NCBI GenBank assembly: GCA_020343575.1
Contig: CP070801.1
Location: 998,273-1,030,287 of the forward strand
From: Candidatus Aenigmatarchaeota archaeon
Lineage (GTDB): Archaea > Aenigmatarchaeota > Aenigmatarchaeia > QMZP01
Length of the DNA stretch: 32,015 bases
Reading direction: 5' to 3'
Under the pieces are notes generated by a model. That model saw only the letters and a program-made list of their open reading frames with translations, made no database searches and was not told the origin of the DNA. Made by a program: the position numbers and the translations under genes. This document shows, piece by piece, positions 8,889 to 16,124 of the stretch (its first letter is position 1; each line of letters starts with the position of its first letter).

Positions 8889-10052
8889 CTACTTTGGTTT
8901 ATCTCTCCCGAATATGTTCACAACAGCTGTTGCTCCAGAACCTCCTATGTTCAAGGCCAGACCGGTTTTTGCGTCCTTTACCTGAAGTTTACCGTAATCT
9001 CCTCTGAGTTGCTTGATGATATCAGATATCTGTCTTATTCCTGTTGCTCCAACAGGATGACCTATTGATTTCAGCCCACCTGTTGGATTTATGGGTTTCT
9101 CACCTTCCCTCGCGATCTTTCCATCCTCCACGAATTTTCCTCCCTTGCCTTTTTCACAAAAGCCAAGGTCTTCTATCGCAATTATCTCGTTTATTGAAAA
9201 GCAGTCATGAACCTCTGATATGTCAATGTCCTTGGGTTTTAAACCAGCCTGTTCGTAGGCCTTTTTTGCAGCAGCCTTTGTGGAAAGAAGTTCTGTCATT
9301 GATTTCCTGTGATGTAGAGCCAAGGTATCTGAGGCTTGACCAGAGCCAAGAATCCATATCGGTTTTTCGAATTTTTTTGCGAGCCTTTCTGAAACCAGAA
9401 TAACAGCGGTTGCTCCATCGGTTATGGGTGAGCAGTCCAGAAGTCTGAGGGGATCTGATATGAGTGGTGATTTCAGTACTTGTTCTACAGTTATCTCCTT
9501 AGGGAATTGGGCAAGCTCGTTTAGTGTTCCGTTCCTGTGATTGTTGACGCTAACCATTGCGAGCTGTTCCCTTGTTGTTCCGTACTTCTCCATGTGCCTT
9601 CTTGCCATCAAAGCGTAGAGGCTTACGAATGTCAAGCCTATTGCAGATTCCCATTCTTGGTCCCCAGCGCCCATCAGAGTAGCGATTGCATCAGTTCCCT
9701 TTAGATCAGTCATCTTCTCTGACCCTGCTGCCATGACAATGTCGTACTGCCCACTTAAGATTGAGAAGTATGCTTCCCTGAATGCCAAAGCGCTTGATGC
9801 ACATGCTGCCTCACACCTGGTTGCTGGTATGGGAATCAAACCAGCCTGGTCAGCTGCAAGGGCACCCAGATGTTCTTGTCCTATGAACCTGCCGGCAGAC
9901 ATGTTTCCTACATAAAGGGATTGTATATCTCTTCCGTCTATCCTAGCGTCTCTCAAAGCGAGGGCCCCGGCTTCTGTGGAGAGGTCTCTGAGGGATTTCT
10001 CCCAGTGTTCATCAAATTTGGTCTGTCCCACGCCCACTACCGCTACCCTCAT
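8889..10052 (-). CDS. Acetyl-CoA acetyltransferase (archaeal thiolase).
   Basis: Thiolase active-site Cys context TRCEAACASSALA and the C-terminal motif NIGGSGATAVV; 387 aa. Confidence 0.9.
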   Translation of the reverse strand: MRVAVVGVGQTKFDEHWEKSLRDLSTEAGALALRDARIDGRDIQSLYVGNMSAGRFIGQEHLGALAADQAGLIPIPATRCEAACASSALAFREAYFSILSGQYDIVMAAGSEKMTDLKGTDAIATLMGAGDQEWESAIGLTFVSLYALMARRHMEKYGTTREQLAMVSVNNHRNGTLNELAQFPKEITVEQVLKSPLISDPLRLLDCSPITDGATAVILVSERLAKKFEKPIWILGSGQASDTLALHHRKSMTELLSTKAAAKKAYEQAGLKPKDIDISEVHDCFSINEIIAIEDLGFCEKGKGGKFVEDGKIAREGEKPINPTGGLKSIGHPVGATGIRQISDIIKQLRGDYGKLQVKDAKTGLALNIGGSGATAVVNIFGRDKPK

Positions 10053-10060
10053 ACTCTCAC

Positions 10061-11098
10061 CTAGATCTTGAGCTTTCTCCTTAGTTTAACATAAACACCA
10101 TAATCGATATTTTTCTTATTTTTTATGTAGTCCTCTGTCTTCTTTGCTCTATCTCTTCTCTCAAGAATCTTGTCTGTAACCATAAAGGAAAATGAGTCTG
10201 ATCCTGCTCCAGAACCGTATGATGTCATCAATATCCTGTCTCCTGGTTTTGCCGCATCCAAAATAGCGCACAACCCTACTGGGCTTGAGCCTGAGTATGG
10301 GTTGCCTATCCTCTTAACAACAAACCCTTGCTCAATTTGCTCATTTTTAAAACCGAGTATTTTTGACGCCGTCAAAGGAAACTTCCCGTTGGGCATATGA
10401 AAGACAATATGGTTGAAATCGCTTGGTTTCAGGGACAGTTTTTCCATCAGCAGCTTAGATGCAGATACAACGTGTTTGAAGTATGCAGGTTTTCCTGTGA
10501 ACCTTGCACCATGTGAAGGATAGTCTTCACCCTCCCTTCTCCAAAAATCACTCGTGTCTGTTGTGTAGGAGTGTGTCCCCTCTAAGGTAGCCAAAGGGTC
10601 TTTTCCTATAACAAACGCGCCAGCAGCAGCTGCCGCTGTATACTCGAGAGCGTCTCCAGGTCTTCCCTGTGAGGTATCTGCTCCTATCGCGAGTCCGTAT
10701 TCGATCTCCCTTGCTTTCACCAGTCCATAGCAGCACTGCATGGCAGCTGTCCCTGCCTTGCAAGCGAATTCAAAATCAGCAACCATGATATTCTCACCAA
10801 GTCCCAACGCTTCTGCAACAACCGTTCCACTGGGCTTGACTGCATAGGGGTGTGACTCAGAACCGATATATACAGCACCTATCTTCTTTGGGTCTATTCC
10901 TGCTCTCAGAAGAGCGTTTCTCCCTGCCTCAACTGAAATAGTTATCGTATCCTCATCCATCTCAGGAACAGCTTTCTCCTCAACTATCAGTCCCTTCTTA
11001 AAGCTTTCTGCATCTGTTCCCCAAACCCTTGCAATCTCGTCTACAGAGATTCTGAGTCTGGGTATGTAACAACCATATCCAACTATGCCTATATCCAT
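10061..11098 (-). CDS. Hydroxymethylglutaryl-CoA synthase (archaeal type).
   Basis: N-terminus [24 protein letters not shown] and the catalytic Cys context [13 protein letters not shown]; 345 aa. It is first in the HMGCS-thiolase-DUF35 operon. Confidence 0.9.
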   Translation of the reverse strand: MDIGIVGYGCYIPRLRISVDEIARVWGTDAESFKKGLIVEEKAVPEMDEDTITISVEAGRNALLRAGIDPKKIGAVYIGSESHPYAVKPSGTVVAEALGLGENIMVADFEFACKAGTAAMQCCYGLVKAREIEYGLAIGADTSQGRPGDALEYTAAAAAGAFVIGKDPLATLEGTHSYTTDTSDFWRREGEDYPSHGARFTGKPAYFKHVVSASKLLMEKLSLKPSDFNHIVFHMPNGKFPLTASKILGFKNEQIEQGFVVKRIGNPYSGSSPVGLCAILDAAKPGDRILMTSYGSGAGSDSFSFMVTDKILERRDRAKKTEDYIKNKKNIDYGVYVKLRRKLKI

Positions 11099-11118
11099 AG
11101 ACTTTCCTCTCAGGGCTA

Positions 11119-11128
11119 TTTTTTAATT
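11119..11128 (-). promoter_or_regulatory. TATA-box-like A/T tract centred about 26 nt upstream of the HMG-CoA synthase ATG (11098).
   Basis: The minus strand reads AATTAAAAAA. Spacing is consistent with a leaderless operon transcript. Confidence 0.35.
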
Positions 11129-11190
11129 AGGACAGACATAGGTTTTTAAACCTTAAGGGGCAGATTCGACAATAAATCAATTCTTTAGAA

Positions 11191-11799
11191 TCAAGTGCCA
11201 GAAATCTTCAGAATCATTATTGCCTCGAATGCCTCTGCATACTTCACAGAGGTCGTAAGCCCTCTGAACTGGGCCAGACCCTTTATAGCGTCTATCTTCA
11301 TGTAGTCCTTTGAGTTCTGGGTAGCGTAGGTGTTGAGAGCTTCTGTTTTGTTTTTAATGAAGTTGGTTATGTCCACATAGTAGTTTGGCTGGAAGTTCAG
11401 GTAAAGGCTTGGTGACTCGTAGCAGAATATCTCAGGAATGAACCTTGCCGCTGCAAGGGTTGCATATGCAACAGTCCTGTGATCCTGATGGGTGTCCTTT
11501 GTGGAGTGGGTATAAATCCTCTGGGGCTTGAACTCCTCTACAATCTTTTCCAGTTTCTCTATAACATCGTGGGTTTGTGGGATGTTGGTATCAGGGTAAT
11601 TAAACAGATAAAGTTTTGCTCCAACGCGTTTTGCAGACTCTATCGCTTCCTTTTTCCTGACATCCTTGTCTCCGCTTTTCTCCCCATGAGATATGACTAT
11701 AAAAACTACCTTGTCCCCTTCTCTCCTGTGCTTCATTATGGTTCCTTAGCACCCGTATTCTATGTCGTCCGGGTGCGCACCAATTGCAATCACGTTCAT
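11191..11799 (-). pseudogene. PIG-L/LmbE-family N-acetylglucosaminyl deacetylase interrupted by a single in-frame TAA (11746-11748).
   Basis: Minus-strand reading from 11799: MNVIAIGAHPDDIEYGC-TAA-GTIMKHRREGDKVVFIVISHGE...THQDHRTV. The AHPDDxE metal/catalytic motif lies upstream of the stop and HxDH lies downstream, all in one frame. The ORF track only reports the 181-aa tail (11191-11736). Confidence 0.8.
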
Positions 11800-11804
11800 C
11801 TCTC

Positions 11805-12743
11805 TCACCTTTCTATTTTTTGTGAGCACTCTATCTCCTGCCAGACAAGCTTTTCCTTGTTTACTTTCTTGCCTCGCAGCAGGTCATATAGTACATTCAG
11901 GGTATTCACTCCTGCTTTTATGGTTATTGGCAGACCACCGGAAAACCTTGGGTTTGCCTCAACGAGCTTTGGGTTTCCGTTGGTATCAATCTTAAACTGT
12001 ATATTTATAGGACCTATAAACTTTAAAACCTCGCACATTTTCTCTATATTTTTGATTATTTTCTCATTCTTTTCCATCTTTCCCCTGACGCATACGCCCT
12101 TATAGACCTCCAGTCTCTTCCTGGGCATTATAACCAATGGCTTCCCATCAAGGTCGCACAAAACATCTGATGTGTATTCATATCCGGGCAGGTGCTCGCA
12201 AAAAACATTGTTCTTGTTTATTAGATCACTGGGGATATCATCTACGCTTTCGAAGGTCCTTGTTCCCCTACTTCCCCTTCCAATTCTCGGTTTCATGAAT
12301 ATCTTTCCCTTATCGAAAACTCTCAAGTCTTCTCTATTATCCGTCAGAACGTATCTTGGCGAAAAACCATGTTCCTTGAACCTTTCGTAAAAGAGATATT
12401 TATCATTACAAACATTAACGGTTTCGAATGGAGATATGATGATTTTCGTGTTGAATCTTTCCCTGCTTCTTGAAAACACCATAAGCTCCTCATCAACAGT
12501 TGGGATTATCAAATCTATTTTCTCCTTCGAGACAATATCATTTATTGCTTCTATGAATTTTTTCTCGTCTTTTGCATAGGGAACCTGGTAAAACTTCAAA
12601 CCAGTCTTACTGAGGGAGCCAAGCCTTTTCTTTGCATCAGGATCAGCATCGCATATCACAATTTCAAGATCGCTTGGGCTGTGATTAACAACATTCATTC
12701 CTGCAGGACCACCAACACCGGTTACCAATACCCTAATATCCAT
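11805..12743 (-). CDS. ATP-grasp family ligase (carbamoyl-phosphate-synthase L-chain-like fold), substrate unknown.
   Basis: N-terminal Rossmann-like VLVTGVGGPAG and the C-terminal ATP-grasp signature LVEANPRFSGG. The track starts at a GTG at 12746. The ATG at 12743 is preceded by AGGTGA and is the more likely start. Confidence 0.75.
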   Translation of the reverse strand: MDIRVLVTGVGGPAGMNVVNHSPSDLEIVICDADPDAKKRLGSLSKTGLKFYQVPYAKDEKKFIEAINDIVSKEKIDLIIPTVDEELMVFSRSRERFNTKIIISPFETVNVCNDKYLFYERFKEHGFSPRYVLTDNREDLRVFDKGKIFMKPRIGRGSRGTRTFESVDDIPSDLINKNNVFCEHLPGYEYTSDVLCDLDGKPLVIMPRKRLEVYKGVCVRGKMEKNEKIIKNIEKMCEVLKFIGPINIQFKIDTNGNPKLVEANPRFSGGLPITIKAGVNTLNVLYDLLRGKKVNKEKLVWQEIECSQKIER

Positions 12744-12746
12744 CAC

Positions 12747-13757
12747 CTAACCTAGCATCTGAATCAGTAGCAGACACCACAACGCCTGCAAGCCTATTAT
12801 CAAAAAGGTCACATCATTTTCATAGCAACGACCTTTTATTCTCTTTATTATTTTTATTGCAACATGGGTTAAAGACCATATCTCCTTATAAGGAGGGTCC
12901 AGATCTCCCTCTTTCCTGACCTTCCCAAAGCATTCGGGCTTGAAGGTTTTTTTATGTTTTATTATATATGGAATCTCCCTTGCTTTTATTATGCCTTCGA
13001 GTATGTACGGAAGCATTATTAGTATAAGTATTGTCTGGAAGTATCCCAGAACAGCAACAAACGCGAAGAGACAACCAAGGAAGTAGGTTAGTGCATCACC
13101 TGGGAAAATCCTGGACGGGTATCGGTTGAAGTAGAGAAAAGCCAGCATTGCAGCAACAGCTATGAGAACGATAGGGAAGAATGCTGTCCCGTATGTAAAC
13201 CAGAGCAGTGTCAGACTACATATTATTCCCAGACCGGTTTCAAGGCCGTTAAAGCCCCCAAGGAGGTTTACGGCGTTGGTTGCTGCTATAAATCCTATGG
13301 GAACCATAATCAGTGGGTAGAAAAACAAAGGCAACTCTATTACATAATCAAGTATGCTTATAGTTGTCCTGTTCAATAAAAGCGGTATCAGTGGAATGGC
13401 TCCTATAAAGGTGAGAATTGGTTTTTTCCACCTAGCGATTCCTTTCTTCCATCCTGTTATATCATCCCAAAAAGCAATACCAGTGACAATGGATAGGGAT
13501 GTTATTGCAAGCGCGATATAAACCAGTCTTTCAAACCTCTGCTGAAAATAATAAAAACCAAACAGTACAAGGAGACCAATGATAAATCCAAGGAAAACCA
13601 TAACGCCCCCTGCCTCTGCTACCTTTGGTTTGTCCTTCTTGTTCATGTCCTTTCCCATAAGTTTTCTCTTCTTGGCATGGGATATCCATCTAGGAGTAAA
13701 GAGAAGTGTAACCAAAAACGCCACGATTCCTGATATCAAGAGTTCATATATTGGCAT
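12747..13757 (-). CDS. Polyprenyl-phosphate HexNAc-1-phosphate transferase, glycosyltransferase family 4 (AglH/WecA/MraY-like).
   Basis: Polytopic membrane protein (about 10 hydrophobic segments) with the family signature NAVNLLGGFNGLETG and a DD-type loop (FWDDITG). Confidence 0.8.
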   Translation of the reverse strand: MPIYELLISGIVAFLVTLLFTPRWISHAKKRKLMGKDMNKKDKPKVAEAGGVMVFLGFIIGLLVLFGFYYFQQRFERLVYIALAITSLSIVTGIAFWDDITGWKKGIARWKKPILTFIGAIPLIPLLLNRTTISILDYVIELPLFFYPLIMVPIGFIAATNAVNLLGGFNGLETGLGIICSLTLLWFTYGTAFFPIVLIAVAAMLAFLYFNRYPSRIFPGDALTYFLGCLFAFVAVLGYFQTILILIMLPYILEGIIKAREIPYIIKHKKTFKPECFGKVRKEGDLDPPYKEIWSLTHVAIKIIKRIKGRCYENDVTFLIIGLQALWCLLLIQMLG

Positions 13758-13838
13758 AGATACACCAATTAAATTGATATAAAACTTAGTTAAATACAGT
13801 ATTTAAATGTTTATTTACTATAGAACAGTGGTAATACA

Positions 13839-14468
13839 TCATATCATCTTTCTCAGTCCCCATACAGAATGAGCATCAGAACCAATCACTGTTTTTGCAC
13901 CGAGTTTTCCAGCTAGTTTGAGGAAATCTGGAGGTGTTTCGTACTTTGGGCAGAGGTTGTTTTCTATGAGAACCTTGTTTCTTATGCAGAGGTTGATTAT
14001 GTCTTCCATCTCCTTCCTATTAAGTTCACAGTTTCTGAGCATGGTCGCTGGGTGACCCCATATGTCCACTTCAGGGTTTTTCAGCATCTTTTTCAGGGCG
14101 TTTATTTGCTCTTCTTTAACAGGGGGGAACCCGTGAAAGCTTATGATAACAACATCACAGAGTTTTAGAATGTCTTCAGAAACATCAATATCCCCGTTAA
14201 ACAAAATCTTTGCCTAGCACCCTGTGAGAAACTTCAGGTTGGGGAATTTCTTTCTGGCCTCCTCTATCTCCTTCACAAGATTGTTAAAATCGTAACTCAG
14301 TTCCCTTCTCACATGCTCTGTAAAGGCTATCAGCTGCAAACCGTTTTTCTCTGCCTGTTTGCACATCTCAAAAACCGAATTCTCACCCTCAATGTAATTC
14401 GTGTGGACATGCCAGTCCCCACTTTCCAGGAATTCCTTGAACTGCTCCCATCTCTTCATACTAACCAC
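13839..14468 (-). pseudogene. PHP-domain (polymerase/histidinol-phosphatase-like) metal-dependent phosphoesterase interrupted by a single in-frame TAG (14214-14216).
   Basis: One frame reads ...GDWHVHTNY...IAFTEHV...KFLTGC-TAG-AKILFNGDIDV...IISFHG...IGSDAHS. All PHP metal motifs are present except that the stop occupies the G-x-E glutamate position. The track splits it into 14214-14468 and 13839-14204 (TTG start). Confidence 0.8.
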
Positions 14469-15096
14469 TTATTTTCAGTATTTCATCCAGTTTATGGATT
14501 AAATAATCAGCCTCTGTTTCAACCTTTCCCCTACTCCTATTCATTCTTACAGTCTTTATTCCTAATCTTTTTGCTGTAATTAGTTGCGATTCAACATCCT
14601 CCACAAAAATCATTTCCCTCGGCTTTGTTTTCATTTCATTCATTAACTTTTTCCAAAACATCTGATCTTGCTTTATAGCTTTGAAATCATCTGCAGTAAA
14701 AACAAAATCAAAAGAGTTTTGCAGACCAGTAGCATGTAGCTTTATTTCCTGAAAAACTCTGTAACCATTACTCACAAAGCAAATTATTTTTTTCCTTGAT
14801 TTTAGTTCTCTTATCGTCTGTTTCACTTCACTGTAAGCCTTTATCAAATCTGAATATTTCTTATGCAACTCTTCAAGTTTCACGGTTCCGCCAAGCTTTA
14901 GTATTTTGGTATTCCAGTCGTAAAATTCTAGAGACAACGAATTCGGGTATCCTGATTTCATTTCTTTCTTAACCTCTTCTATACTCTTTCCTGTATTTTC
15001 TGATATGTTTTCATATGTCTCTCCATATATCTTTGGATCAGATTTACTGTTGTCTATTAACACACCATCCATATCAAAAATGTAAGCTTTTATCAT
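14461..15096 (-). CDS. HAD-superfamily hydrolase/phosphatase (subfamily IA-like).
   Basis: Motif I FDMDGVLID at residues 7-15, motif II VSNG, and a late acidic motif FVEDV. Confidence 0.8.
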   Translation of the reverse strand: MIKAYIFDMDGVLIDNSKSDPKIYGETYENISENTGKSIEEVKKEMKSGYPNSLSLEFYDWNTKILKLGGTVKLEELHKKYSDLIKAYSEVKQTIRELKSRKKIICFVSNGYRVFQEIKLHATGLQNSFDFVFTADDFKAIKQDQMFWKKLMNEMKTKPREMIFVEDVESQLITAKRLGIKTVRMNRSRGKVETEADYLIHKLDEILKISG

Positions 15097-15149
15097 AATT
15101 CACCCTTACAAAAGATATTAATACTTTAATTCATTTAACAATTTTAAAT

Positions 15150-15674
15150 ATGCAAACCATGGAGTGTATAAGGGAAAGGAGAAGTGTTAGGAATTATAAA
15201 CCAGATCCCATACCAGAAGATATTATTAAAGAAATCATTGAAGCGGCAACCCATGCCCCGTCTTCTGGAAACGTTCAGGACTGGGAGTTTATCGTTGTTA
15301 AAAACCCGGAAACGAAAATGAAGGTTGCTGCAGCTGCCTGGGAGCAGAATTTCATTGTCAGTGCACCGGTGGTTTTGGTTGTATGTTCTGACCTTGATAG
15401 AATCTCTGCTGCCTATGGGAGTAGAGGTGAGACCTTATATTCGATTCAGAATACATCAGCTGCTATCCAGAACATTCTGCTGGCTGCCTGGGAGAAGGAG
15501 GTTGGTTCCTGTTGGATTGGAGCCTTCAATGAGAACAAGATCAGAGATACACTTGTCCTACCGAGCAATGTCAGACCACTGGCAATAATAACATTGGGTT
15601 ACCCGGCAGAGGTTTCAAAAAAACCAAGGAGAAGAGATGTAAAAGAGGTTTTGCATATGGAGAGGTGGGAGTGA
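15150..15674 (+). CDS. Nitroreductase-family FMN oxidoreductase.
   Basis: RRSVRNYKPDPIPEDIIKEIIEAATHAPSSGNVQDWEFIVV is the classic nitroreductase N-terminal pattern; 174 aa. Confidence 0.85.
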   Translation: MQTMECIRERRSVRNYKPDPIPEDIIKEIIEAATHAPSSGNVQDWEFIVVKNPETKMKVAAAAWEQNFIVSAPVVLVVCSDLDRISAAYGSRGETLYSIQNTSAAIQNILLAAWEKEVGSCWIGAFNENKIRDTLVLPSNVRPLAIITLGYPAEVSKKPRRRDVKEVLHMERWE

Positions 15675-15683
15675 GGTTAGATT

Positions 15684-16124
15684 ATGGCTACGAAAACTGA
15701 GAGATTCATGGCAATATTCATTGGTGTTATTATGTTGGGATCTGTTGCTGGTTTCGCTTTAATCCAGACCATGCCAGCTGGTCCTCAATCACCTGAGATT
15801 CCAAACATAATAAAGAGGCAGCTAACAACTGATGAAACCCTTTTCATCCTGGGGAGTGGTAAGGTTCTGATAGAGGATTTCTATACAATAGATTGTGATG
15901 ATTGTTTTGAGAAGAATGTGGTGTTGGAATCCTTTGCGAACAGGCTCAAGGACTTTGTGGTTCTGGAGGAGGTTGTTGTAAACCAGACCAATCAAACTAT
16001 GCTAAAAATGATAGGATCCGGTGGCACGATTGTGGACCTTGAAAATAAAACTATAGATGAGGAGAACCTCTTGGAGGTTTTCTGTGATATAGCAATCGCG
16101 CAGCCGATTGTGTGCCTTATCTAA
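15684..16124 (+). CDS. Membrane-anchored protein with a CxxC (CDDC) motif in a thioredoxin-like strand-CxxC-helix context; possible extracytoplasmic thiol-disulfide oxidoreductase.
   Basis: N-terminal anchor FMAIFIGVIMLGSVAGFALI, then VLIEDFYTIDCDDCFEKNVVLESFANRL. The fold assignment is pattern-based only. Confidence 0.4.
   Translation: MATKTERFMAIFIGVIMLGSVAGFALIQTMPAGPQSPEIPNIIKRQLTTDETLFILGSGKVLIEDFYTIDCDDCFEKNVVLESFANRLKDFVVLEEVVVNQTNQTMLKMIGSGGTIVDLENKTIDEENLLEVFCDIAIAQPIVCLI

Noticed and set aside
11141-11152. Near-palindrome AGGTTTTTAAACCT as a regulatory hairpin
   Set aside because: A 6-bp stem with a 2-nt loop cannot fold. It is more likely just an AT-rich spacer or TATA-like sequence between the PIG-L gene end and the HMGCS promoter.
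11479-12105. 208-aa plus-strand ORF spanning the PIG-L/ATP-grasp junction
   Set aside because: It is antisense to two genes with clear family signatures and has no motifs of its own.
11746-14216. Interpreting the in-frame TAG/TAA as pyrrolysine or genome-wide stop-codon reassignment, with the adjacent ATP-grasp as a PylC-like enzyme
   Set aside because: TAG and TAA terminate well-conserved genes at their expected ends in this same window (TAG for HMG-CoA synthase and the GT4 gene; TAA for minD and rplP0). The TAG sits where a Glu is expected rather than a Lys-like residue. No pylB/D/S/T-like genes are visible. Local read-through cannot be excluded, but reassignment is unsupported.
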